Position numbers and translations under genes: made by a program. Below are positions 37,714-45,967 of a stretch of DNA of 64,000 bases, piece after piece. The notes beneath the pieces were generated by a model that was given only the letters and a program-made list of their open reading frames with translations, was not told the origin of the DNA and did not search any database. The stretch comes from Acidobacteriota bacterium. GTDB taxonomy: Bacteria; Acidobacteriota; Vicinamibacteria; Marinacidobacterales; Marinacidobacteraceae. The first letter of the stretch is position 1. Every line of letters starts with the position of its first letter. The DNA is taken from contig VXNL01000079.1 of the NCBI GenBank assembly GCA_009840635.1, forward strand, positions 3,782 through 67,781, read 5' to 3'.

Positions 37714-38352
37714 GTGAGACCCGAAACCGCCAGCGCGGAGGCACCCGGGCCGGCCGTGGACCGCGAACGGCTCGCGTCGGCGGTCGAGGCGCTGCTCTTT
37801 TCCCACGGGGCGCCGGTCACGGGCGAACGCCTCGCCGAAGTGCTCGAGACCGGCCTGAAGGAGGTGCTCGCCGCCCTCGACGAGCTGGAGGTGCGGTATG
37901 CGGCCCTGGAGTCCGGGCTGCGGCTGGCCCGGATCGCGGGAGGCTTCCAGCTCACCACCCGGGCGGAATGGAAGGGCGCGATCGAGCGTCTCATCGCGCC
38001 GAAGCGGGAGCAGGCGCTGACCGAGGCGGCCCTCGAGGCGCTGTCCGTCATCGCCTACCGGCAGCCGATCACCTTGCCGGAGCTGAACGAGATCCGCGGG
38101 GTGAACTCCCACAGCGTGGTCACCACCCTCATGAAACACCGCCTGGTCCGCTCCCGGGGGCGCAAGCAGGTCGTCGGACGGCCGCTCCTCTACGGGACCA
38201 CGAAGGATTTCCTCGAGCGATTCGAGCTCGACCGGCTGGAGGACCTGCCGAAGCTCGGCGAATTCGAAGAGGCGCTGGCGTCGGCCGCGCCCGTTCCGAT
38301 GGAATCCGAAGTCGGGGAGCCTGGCGCCGATCCCGCCGAGGTCTCCGAATGA
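37714..38352 (+). CDS. scpB: Segregation and condensation protein B
   Basis: Winged-helix ScpB motifs are present (LEALSVIAYRQPITLPELNEIRGV). Confidence 0.8.
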   Translation: MRPETASAEAPGPAVDRERLASAVEALLFSHGAPVTGERLAEVLETGLKEVLAALDELEVRYAALESGLRLARIAGGFQLTTRAEWKGAIERLIAPKREQALTEAALEALSVIAYRQPITLPELNEIRGVNSHSVVTTLMKHRLVRSRGRKQVVGRPLLYGTTKDFLERFELDRLEDLPKLGEFEEALASAAPVPMESEVGEPGADPAEVSE

Positions 38353-39812
38353 CCGCCGAGCGGCTCCAGAAACTGATCGCGGCTGCCGGGATCGCCTCGC
38401 GGCGCGCCGCGGAACGGATGATCGCCGAGGGCCGGGTCACCGTGGACGGGGAGGTGGTCGGCGTTCCCGGGGTGCGCGCGGACCCGGCGCTCCAGGACAT
38501 CCGGGTGGACGGAGCCCGGCTCCGCAAGCTCGGCAAGCCCCGGCGCTACGTGATTCTCAACAAGCCCATCGGCCACCTGACGACCCGCTCGGACCCGGGA
38601 CGCCGTTCCACGGTGATGGATCTGCTGCCCCATTCGTTCCGCTCGCTGGTTCCGGTCGGGCGGCTCGACGGCAACAGCTCGGGACTCGTGCTGCTCACCG
38701 ACGACGGGGAGCTGGCGCAGCGGGTCACGCATCCGCGGTACCGGCTGCCGAAGACCTACTACGCCACCGTCCGGGGGCTTCCCGCCGAAGACGTGCTCGA
38801 GCGGGCGCAGCGCGGCGTCCGCGTCGATGGCGAGGGGCTGCGGCTCGACCAGGTCGAGGTCATCGCCCGTTTCCCGCACCGGGCGGAGTCGAAGCGCCGC
38901 GCGCGTCTCCGGGTCACCCTGCGGGGCGGGCGGAACCGGGAGATCCGGCGGGTGCTGAGCGTCCTGGGCCATCCGGTCCTCGAGCTGCACCGGACCCGGA
39001 TCGGCTCTCTCGCCGACACCGGGCTCACCCCCGGGGGCTGGCGCAAGCTGCGCGGCGACGAGGTGGACGAGTTGCGGGAGTTGATCCGGCGGTGCGCGGG
39101 CGAGCCGGCGGCGCCCGCCGAACCGGCTGATTCGGAACCGGCAGTTCCTGCCGCCCGGCCCGCGGCCGCGGCATTCGTGGTGGCGATCGACGGGCCGGCG
39201 GGGTCCGGCAAGACGTCCGTGGCGCGCGCGGTCGCCGAACGTTTCGAACTCGGTTACTTCAACACCGGGGCGTCGGTGCGCGCGGTGGCGCTCGCGGCGA
39301 TGCGGCAGGACATGGATCTCGACGAAGGCCCGTCCCTCAGGACCCTCGCCTTCCGGGTGATCCTCGATCCGGAAGGCCGCGTCTTCCTCGACGGCGAAGA
39401 TGTCTCCCAGGCCGTCCGCGCGCCCGAGGTCTCCGCCGGCGCCTCCCGCGTCGCCGTCCACCCCGAGCTGCGCGAGGTCCTGGTGGAGCGTTGGCGGCAG
39501 TTCGCGGCGGGCGGCGGCGTGGTCGAGGGCCGGGACATCGGCACTGTGGTCTTCCCCGAGGCGCCGGTGAAGGTCTTTCTGGACGCGCGGCCGGAGATCC
39601 GGGCCCGGCGCCGCTCCTCGGACGAGGGAGACCGCGACGTGGGCGCCGTCCAGTCCGAACTCCGCCACCGTGACCACACCGACTCCGGCCGGGCGGTGGC
39701 TCCCCTCCGCCGGGCGGAGGACGCCCACCATCTCGACACCAGCGACCTCACGCTCGAGGAAACGGTGGAGCGGGTGGCGGAACTGGTGGAAACGGCGCGA
39801 TCTCAAGCCTGA
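38349..39812 (+). CDS. In-frame fusion: S4-domain RluB/RsuA-type pseudouridine synthase plus cytidylate kinase
   Basis: The N-terminal half carries an S4 domain and a pseudouridine synthase catalytic region (VGRLDGNSSGLVLLTDDG). A Pro/Ala linker follows. The C-terminal half carries the Cmk P-loop (AIDGPAGSGKTSVARAVAERF). A single 487-aa ORF has no internal stop. Confidence 0.75.
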   Translation: MTAERLQKLIAAAGIASRRAAERMIAEGRVTVDGEVVGVPGVRADPALQDIRVDGARLRKLGKPRRYVILNKPIGHLTTRSDPGRRSTVMDLLPHSFRSLVPVGRLDGNSSGLVLLTDDGELAQRVTHPRYRLPKTYYATVRGLPAEDVLERAQRGVRVDGEGLRLDQVEVIARFPHRAESKRRARLRVTLRGGRNREIRRVLSVLGHPVLELHRTRIGSLADTGLTPGGWRKLRGDEVDELRELIRRCAGEPAAPAEPADSEPAVPAARPAAAAFVVAIDGPAGSGKTSVARAVAERFELGYFNTGASVRAVALAAMRQDMDLDEGPSLRTLAFRVILDPEGRVFLDGEDVSQAVRAPEVSAGASRVAVHPELREVLVERWRQFAAGGGVVEGRDIGTVVFPEAPVKVFLDARPEIRARRRSSDEGDRDVGAVQSELRHRDHTDSGRAVAPLRRAEDAHHLDTSDLTLEETVERVAELVETARSQA

Positions 39813-39816
39813 CGCT

Positions 39817-39900
39817 CCGAGCGCCGGCCTCTACTGCGCCGGGAGGCGCCGCCGGCTTGGAACGCCGGCTTCAGCCGGCACAGCGGCCCGCAGGGCCGCG
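39817..39900 (+). repeat. Composite REP: degenerate family-2 element (GAGCGCCGGCCTC...) followed by a family-1 unit (GGCTTGGAACGCCGGCTTCAGCCGGCACAGC plus GGCCCGCAGGGCC)
   Basis: It starts 5 nt after the rluB-cmk stop. It forms the left boundary of the low-GC island. Confidence 0.75.
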
Positions 39901-40094
39901 GGCGACGTGCCGTCATTTGCCTTGGGCGACTGAGGTCCGGGAACGTTCCGCCTGCTCGTTTGGACCGAGAGAAGCCCCTCTTCCGACAGGTCAGCGTTGC
40001 GACGCCATTGATTTATCGAATGTCCAGGACGGGTTCGAGTGTCCGAATGTCGATTCCCGTGTCGGAGACCTCCCGCGCGACGTGAGGCCAACAA

Positions 40095-40637
40095 TCAAAA
40101 GGCATCCGCTTCGGGCAACCGCAGAATGCTCCAATTCTCCCGATAGGCGTCAAGCCAGCCCGATCGATACCGATCAAGCGTCTTCCTTCCTTTCTCCGTG
40201 ATCGGCTTGATGTTCGAGTAGTCGGGTAACAGCCGACGCACGTCGCTGTCCTTGTGTGGCTGACCTGCTTTGCCGGGAGTGTCGAGCCACACTTGGTGGC
40301 AGTCGCGAATACAGGCCGCCACCACGCTGGAGGGAAGGACGTAGCAAACCGTCGTATCGGACGGCTGTTTGCCGACGTCGACTAAGACGTAGAACAGATC
40401 GTCGGCGACCATGGTCGCGTGCCTAGCCCTCATGTGCCAGCCCTTGTCGCCTCCGATGCCACGTCGCGTCTTTACTTGGATGGCACACAACTTCTTGGAG
40501 TTCTTGTCGGTGACCAGGATGTCCATGTTCGGTGCCCCATCCGGTGCGAGGGCCGCAATCCAGCCACGCCGCAACAACTGACTGAGCACGTGATACTCGC
40601 CGGCGGCGCCGACGATAGTCGAACTGATCTTGTGCAT
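40095..40637 (-). CDS. Mrr-cat / PD-(D/E)xK-like (Hjc-like) nuclease-fold protein
   Basis: GAAGEYHV (E), NMDILV (D) and CAIQVK (QxK) are spaced as in Mrr/Hjc catalytic cores. It lies in a lower-GC patch. The ATG at 40635 is preferred. The track ORF extends to 40700. Confidence 0.55.
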   Translation of the reverse strand: MHKISSTIVGAAGEYHVLSQLLRRGWIAALAPDGAPNMDILVTDKNSKKLCAIQVKTRRGIGGDKGWHMRARHATMVADDLFYVLVDVGKQPSDTTVCYVLPSSVVAACIRDCHQVWLDTPGKAGQPHKDSDVRRLLPDYSNIKPITEKGRKTLDRYRSGWLDAYRENWSILRLPEADAF

Positions 40638-40748
40638 CGGGTCAGAGCGGTCCTTCAGGCGGAGGTTCAACGGTACGGGGTTCTGACGCCAGTGAGGCAC
40701 AGAACAGGACGTCCACCCCGAGCGTGGCGCGCCTCCCGAGGCTTTGAA

Positions 40749-41303
40749 TCAGGACGAACGCCTCGATGCGGGCCCGAAGAGACTCCCCGGGGCCGCTTTC
40801 TGCGCATCGGCGCCGTTGCTGTCGAGAACGAAACGCGCCCGCTCGGCACGTAGCATGGCAAAGGGCGTCACGCATTTGACGCCGAGACCGATGCATACGT
40901 TGGGGATCTTGATTCTCCTTGGTGTATCGGCGGGCACCTCGTGCGTTACGACCGCGTGTCCCCCGGTCAGGGCCTGACCGACCAAGTAGTAGTCGGCGGC
41001 CTGCAGGAACGAGTTGATCGCCGCCGGGTCGTACGACTGCTCCCTTACCCATTCGCTTACTCGTTCCAATGACGGCAAGTCGGCTGCCTGAGGCAGGACG
41101 AAGAACTCCGGACCTCGCTGCTTGGCCCACTCCCGAAGTTCGTCGTCCGAGGCACCGATTTCGTCGCCCACTTTGTCGATACTGCGCACCAGCCCGCGGG
41201 CGTGGCCGACCACGATCCAATCCCAGAAGCCAGGACAGAAGTCGAAACCGTAGTGAAGGTTCTTCGCAGCGATCAGGACATTGGCGTCCAGGAGGTAGGC
41301 CAT
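40749..41303 (-). CDS. DUF4411 PIN-like domain protein (putative toxin/effector)
   Basis: The N-terminal MAYLLDANVLIAAKN is a PIN motif, followed by GFWDW. Downstream acidic residues lie in ADYYLVGQAL...VVTHE, then KIPNVC. The start overlaps the upstream gene stop (TGATG). Confidence 0.6.
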   Translation of the reverse strand: MAYLLDANVLIAAKNLHYGFDFCPGFWDWIVVGHARGLVRSIDKVGDEIGASDDELREWAKQRGPEFFVLPQAADLPSLERVSEWVREQSYDPAAINSFLQAADYYLVGQALTGGHAVVTHEVPADTPRRIKIPNVCIGLGVKCVTPFAMLRAERARFVLDSNGADAQKAAPGSLFGPASRRSS

Positions 41304-42451
41304 CAGGAAGTCAGGCCCAGGCGGCGGCTCAGTTCGTTGAAGGTCGCCATCTTGCGGAACCCGAGAAGGCGGAAGGCCTCCGTGTAGGACGAGCGGCCTT
41401 CCAGGGTGGCCCCGACGACGGCCCGGGCGAACTGCTTGCTGACCCGGGCGCCGATGCTCCTGTAGAAGTCGCCGCCGGAGTCACGGGCCACGGCGCGGAG
41501 CCTGTCGAGTTCTTCGTCGTAGGCGTTCCAGTACTCCTGCCGGGTGAGGGCGCCGAGTTCGTGGAGACGTCGTAGCACCACCAGCGTGCTCACCTTGAAG
41601 TGGCGGGCGAGTCGCGTGGCCTCTGCCGGAAGTGGCGCGCTGGGGCGATACTCCGCTCGCACCAGCCGGATCGGGGCCAGGATTTCCGCCGCCACCTGGT
41701 TGCAGAAGCGCTCCGTCTCGTGATCGGGGATGACGCGGTCCTGACTGTCGGAGAGCGCCGTTTCTCCAAGCCAGACATGAGCCAACTCGTGGGCTAGCGT
41801 GAACATCTGGGCCGACTTCGAGTCCGCTCCGTTCACGAAGATGACCGGCGCGAGATCGTCCACCAGAGCAAAACCGCGGAACTCCCGGAAGTCCAGCCGG
41901 CGGCGCGTGTTGCTCCCGACCACGCCGCTGACCATGACGAGCACCCCGAGGCTGTTGGCCTGTTCAACGAAGAGCCGCAGTGCCGCGGTCCACGTTGCGA
42001 GGCGGCGCCGTTCTTCGAGGTCGAACCGGAGCGCGGCGCGGATCCGATCGGCCACTCCCTCGACATCGTCCGAACGGCTCACCGAGCCGACAAAGTCCAG
42101 CGGCGCTTCTCCGTCCGTACGGGCGTTGTCGCGGTACCACGCCTGCCGTTGCTGGCAGAGGTAGATCGTGTCCAGCAGGTCGGCGCTGGGCCGGGCGACA
42201 GGTTTGTCAGCGATGGTGCGGAAGTCCGGGATGGGAAGGCGCTCCTCCGGCGGTTCGGGGAGGAAGAAGAAACCGATCGGGGTGCGCGAAGCCTTGGCAA
42301 AGCGTTCCAACTGTCTGAGCGTCGGGTTCTCCGCGCCGCGTGCCCAGGCCGGGAACGCCGGAAAACGCTGCGCCAGGGTCTCGGGCTCAAGGCGGCCGCG
42401 TTCGCACGCCCAGCGGAGTACACCGGCGTGGACGGGTATGCGCACAGTCAT
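41303..42451 (-). CDS. HTH (XRE-like) domain fused to an ImmA/IrrE-family (M78, COG2856) zinc metallopeptidase
   Basis: It carries the HEXXH motif HELAHVWLGE. The N-terminal helix-turn-helix region spans PTLRQLERFAKASRTPIGFF. Length is 382 aa. Confidence 0.75.
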   Translation of the reverse strand: MTVRIPVHAGVLRWACERGRLEPETLAQRFPAFPAWARGAENPTLRQLERFAKASRTPIGFFFLPEPPEERLPIPDFRTIADKPVARPSADLLDTIYLCQQRQAWYRDNARTDGEAPLDFVGSVSRSDDVEGVADRIRAALRFDLEERRRLATWTAALRLFVEQANSLGVLVMVSGVVGSNTRRRLDFREFRGFALVDDLAPVIFVNGADSKSAQMFTLAHELAHVWLGETALSDSQDRVIPDHETERFCNQVAAEILAPIRLVRAEYRPSAPLPAEATRLARHFKVSTLVVLRRLHELGALTRQEYWNAYDEELDRLRAVARDSGGDFYRSIGARVSKQFARAVVGATLEGRSSYTEAFRLLGFRKMATFNELSRRLGLTS

Positions 42452-42642
42452 GGGAAGCTATTGCCGAGGGCGCGACATGGGCCGTTCGATAGTTCCTTCA
42501 TGTGGGCTATTCGCTCGACACCGGGGCTGCTCACCGGGGTAAGCCCCCGGGGATCGTATTCTGCCGAAGCAACCGGAGTGAGCTGTTCCCGCGCATTCGC
42601 GACGGAATCGGAAAAGCCCATTCCTTCGAGCGCGGCCAGCCT

Positions 42643-42692
42643 GTTTCGCCCGCCTTCGGCGGGCTGTGCCGGCTGAAGCCGGCGTTCCAAGC
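42643..42692 (-). repeat. REP-like element, family 1, inverse orientation (CCGCCTTCGGCGGG hairpin plus GTGCCGGCTGAAGCCGGCGTTCCAAGC)
   Basis: It is the reverse complement of the 26071 unit. It forms the right boundary of the low-GC island. Confidence 0.8.
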
Positions 42693-42732
42693 TGTTGCGC
42701 CACTACGGCCCGTGGCGGCCGGCCGCGTCTTC

Positions 42733-44148
42733 CTACGGTGCGGCGGGCCGCTGCGCGACGAGGTGTCCGATCGAGTTGGCGTAGTAGTCCACGAAGTGGC
42801 GGCGCGGTTCCAGGATCCGTAGACGCCCCTCGTCGGCCTTCACCATCTGTCGCTGGATGAGAAGTTGCAGGCCGAGTTCGACCGCCGGCTCCCAGTCATC
42901 CCGGGGGATGTCGGGCTCGCCGGGGCGGGCCGCCAGCGTCTCCAGGATCTCGAAGGCGGCGGCCCGTGCCTCGGTCCTCGTGACGCCATTGTCGCCACGG
43001 TCGCGAATGACCGTTGCCATCAGCGGTACCGGGAGCACCGGCATGATGTCCGCGATGCGCCGCATGAGGTCGTCGGCCAGCACCCCCACCTCGGCGAAGC
43101 GTTCCTCGCGGTCGACCGCCCGCGGGTCGAAGTCCCGACTCCGTAGCCACTCCCGGAGCGAGACCGGTGCGCCCACGCTGAGGGTCGCATGGCCGAAGGG
43201 CTTCCAACGGCGGTTGAGCCGTAGCCAGAACTGGTGGCCCACGAACGCCGCGGTCGCTCGCCAGGATCCGAACCGTGTCGCCCGTTTGCCGCTGGCCTTC
43301 ATGATCTGGAGGTTCTTGTCTTCGATGACCCGGTCGTAGTTCACCGCCACCGGCACGAACGCCACGTCGCGGCCCGTTTGGGGGTCGAAGGACCGCACCG
43401 CGTAGTCGAGGAGGCCGAGGCGGGGGTTTCTGAGCTTCCCGTCTTCCGAGAAGCGTCCCTCGATGAAAAAGGCCTGTGGTACGCCGGCGCCGATGGCGGT
43501 CTTCACGTGGGCGGCGAGCACGGCCCGGTAGAGGGGATTCCCGGACCCCCGGCGGACGAAGAAGCCGCCGAGGGCGCGGAGGAAGCCCTCAAGAGGCCAG
43601 TAGCGCGCCCACTCGCCCACCGCGAAGGAAAGGATGGCCCGGTCCGCGAGGGAGGTAGCCGCGATCACGTAGTCGAGGTTGCTGCGGTGATTGAGGACGA
43701 AGACCGGGGTGGAGGTACGGGCGGCCCGCACGATCGCCCCTTCGTCCGCGTAACGGACCCGCACGCGGAAGAGATTCAGCATGGTCCGCTTCACCGGACC
43801 GTGAATGACCCGAAAATAGAGTCCGGCGCTGAGTGAGGGAACGATCTCCCGGGCGTAGTTCCGCGCCTCTGCCAGTGCGTCGCACTGGTCGGTTTCGCTC
43901 CGCTCCGCCTCCTTGACAATCGCATCCTGCACGAGCGGGTCCACCATCAGCAGGTCGGCCGTGCTCGTCGGCTTCAGGAGCTGGAAGGCGGACGGCTGGA
44001 TCGCGAGCCGACCCTGCGCCTCGTGGAAGGCGTGCGCGTTGCGCCGCTCGCTGCGCCGCCGCCAAAGTGGCCGAACGACCAATCCGTAGAGGCATCCGGC
44101 CACCAGCAGCGCGAGAACGGGAAGCGGAACGGAAACGGATTCGAACAC
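42733..44148 (-). CDS. PlsB-like glycerol-3-phosphate acyltransferase (GPAT family)
   Basis: Acyltransferase motif I HRSNLDY is present, along with FIEGRFSEDGKL and VPVAVNYDRV. It has an N-terminal TM helix. The GTG start at 44146-44148 was chosen because the longer ORF overlaps proS. Confidence 0.7.
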   Translation of the reverse strand: MFESVSVPLPVLALLVAGCLYGLVVRPLWRRRSERRNAHAFHEAQGRLAIQPSAFQLLKPTSTADLLMVDPLVQDAIVKEAERSETDQCDALAEARNYAREIVPSLSAGLYFRVIHGPVKRTMLNLFRVRVRYADEGAIVRAARTSTPVFVLNHRSNLDYVIAATSLADRAILSFAVGEWARYWPLEGFLRALGGFFVRRGSGNPLYRAVLAAHVKTAIGAGVPQAFFIEGRFSEDGKLRNPRLGLLDYAVRSFDPQTGRDVAFVPVAVNYDRVIEDKNLQIMKASGKRATRFGSWRATAAFVGHQFWLRLNRRWKPFGHATLSVGAPVSLREWLRSRDFDPRAVDREERFAEVGVLADDLMRRIADIMPVLPVPLMATVIRDRGDNGVTRTEARAAAFEILETLAARPGEPDIPRDDWEPAVELGLQLLIQRQMVKADEGRLRILEPRRHFVDYYANSIGHLVAQRPAAP

Positions 44149-44167
44149 GGCCTTCCGCCCCCGCCCG

Positions 44168-45934
44168 TCAGCCGAATTCGGGGACCCGGACGGCTTCCTC
44201 GATCCGATCGAGAAGCGCCGTCCGGCGCGCCGTGAGGGCTTCGGCGAGGTCCTCGAGCGGCACGATTTCGGACGCGTCCTCACCCCGGGTGCGAACCTCC
44301 GCTCCGCCACGGCCCAGCGAGCGCCCGGAGATCACCACCCGCAGGGGGATTCCGATGAGGTCCGCGTCCGCGAACTTCACGCCCGCCCGCTCGTCGCGGT
44401 CGTCGAGCAGAACCTCGAGTCCGGCGTCCTGAAGTTCGTCCTGCAGGCCTTCCGCCACCGGACCCGCCTCGTCCTCCGCCGCGCGTCCGGCCAGCGGGAT
44501 CAGGTGGACGTCGTACGGGGAAACGCTCATCGGCCAGCGGAGGCCGTTCTCGTCGTGGTGCTCTTCCGCCACGCAGGCGAGGAGCCGGCCCGAGCCGATG
44601 CCGTAGGAGCCCATCCAGATGGGCCGCTCGGCGCCCTCGTCGTCGAGGAAGCGGGCGCCCGCGGCATCTCCGTAGCGGGTTCCGAGCTGGAAGATGTTGC
44701 CGACCTCGACGCCCCGCGAAGTGCGGAGCGGCTTTCCACACCGGACGCAGCAATCGCCGGCCTCCGCCACCGCGATGTCGGTGACGAGCCCCGGGTCGTA
44801 GTCCCGCCCCGCGTTCACGTTCCGGAAGTGGACATCCGGTTCGTTCGCGCCGGCCACCAGGTTCGGCGACGCGGGAATCGAGTCGTCGACCACTACGGTG
44901 CCCGAGTTGAGCCCGATCGGCGAGGCGTATCCCGGCGTGGCGCCGGCGTTCAGGATGGCCTCGTCCTCGGCGGGACGGAGCCAGGAGGCGCCGACCGCGT
45001 TCGCGAGCTTGGTTTCGTTGACGTCCATGTCGCCGCGGATGATCGCGACCACAAGCTCCTCTCGGGCGCCTCCGTCGAGCCCCGCCGTGAGGAACACCGC
45101 TTTCGCCGTGCGGGCGGCCGGGATCTCCAGGAACGCGCTGAGTTCGTCGATCGTCCGGGCGCCCGGGGTGTCGACCCGCTCGAGCGGCAGCGGGGCCTCC
45201 GGCTCTGCCGGGGTCTTGGCGAAGCGGGCGATCTGGCGGTTCGCCGAGTAGCCGCAGGCGTCGCAGAGGACGAGGGTGTCTTCGCCCACCGGCGTCAGGT
45301 ACATGAACTCGTGGGCCTGGCTGCCGCCCATCATGCCGACGTCGGAGCCGACCGCGATCGTGGGCAGCCCGCAGCGCCAGAAGATGCGGAAATAGGCCTC
45401 GTAGTGGGCGCGGTACTGGCGCTCGAGTCCCTCGGCGTCAAGGTCGAGGGTGTAGGAGTCCTTCATGGTGAACTCGCGCACCCGGATCAGTCCCGCCCGG
45501 GGCCGGGGATCGTCCCGGAACTTGGTCTGGATGTGGTAGACGAGCTGGGGGAGTTGGCGGTGGGAGCGGATTTCGCTCCGGCAGAGGTCGGCCACTACCT
45601 CTTCGTGCGTCATGGCGAGGACGAGGTCGCTGTTCTTGCGGTCCTTGAACCGCGCCATCTCCGGCCCGACGGCGTCGTAGCGTCCCGACCGGCGCCAGAT
45701 CTCGGCCGGATGGACGACCGGCATGGTCATCTCCTGGCCTCCGATCCGGTTCATTTCCTCGCGCAGGATGTTCTCGATGCGAGTGATCGAGCGGTGCGCC
45801 AGGGGCAGGTAGGAATAAAGGCCCTGGCCGAGCTGCCGGATGAAGCCGGCGCGCAGCAGCAGCCGATGGCTCTCGGCCTCGATTCCGGCGGGGGCCTCGC
45901 GCAGGGTGAGACCGAAGTGGTGGGAGAGTCGCAT
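44168..45934 (-). CDS. proS: Proline--tRNA ligase (bacterial type with INS editing domain)
   Basis: It has class II motifs, an editing-domain insertion and a C-terminal anticodon-binding domain. Length is 588 aa. Confidence 0.95.
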   Translation of the reverse strand: MRLSHHFGLTLREAPAGIEAESHRLLLRAGFIRQLGQGLYSYLPLAHRSITRIENILREEMNRIGGQEMTMPVVHPAEIWRRSGRYDAVGPEMARFKDRKNSDLVLAMTHEEVVADLCRSEIRSHRQLPQLVYHIQTKFRDDPRPRAGLIRVREFTMKDSYTLDLDAEGLERQYRAHYEAYFRIFWRCGLPTIAVGSDVGMMGGSQAHEFMYLTPVGEDTLVLCDACGYSANRQIARFAKTPAEPEAPLPLERVDTPGARTIDELSAFLEIPAARTAKAVFLTAGLDGGAREELVVAIIRGDMDVNETKLANAVGASWLRPAEDEAILNAGATPGYASPIGLNSGTVVVDDSIPASPNLVAGANEPDVHFRNVNAGRDYDPGLVTDIAVAEAGDCCVRCGKPLRTSRGVEVGNIFQLGTRYGDAAGARFLDDEGAERPIWMGSYGIGSGRLLACVAEEHHDENGLRWPMSVSPYDVHLIPLAGRAAEDEAGPVAEGLQDELQDAGLEVLLDDRDERAGVKFADADLIGIPLRVVISGRSLGRGGAEVRTRGEDASEIVPLEDLAEALTARRTALLDRIEEAVRVPEFG

Positions 45935-45967
45935 CGGGGGATGGGCGGGCCGGAGTGTACCGACCCG

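Noticed and set aside
39900-42640. Search for an integrase, transposase or RAYT gene inside or next to the low-GC island
   Set aside because: None of the ORFs in or flanking the island has recombinase or HUH-Y motifs. Mobility, if any, must be supplied in trans.
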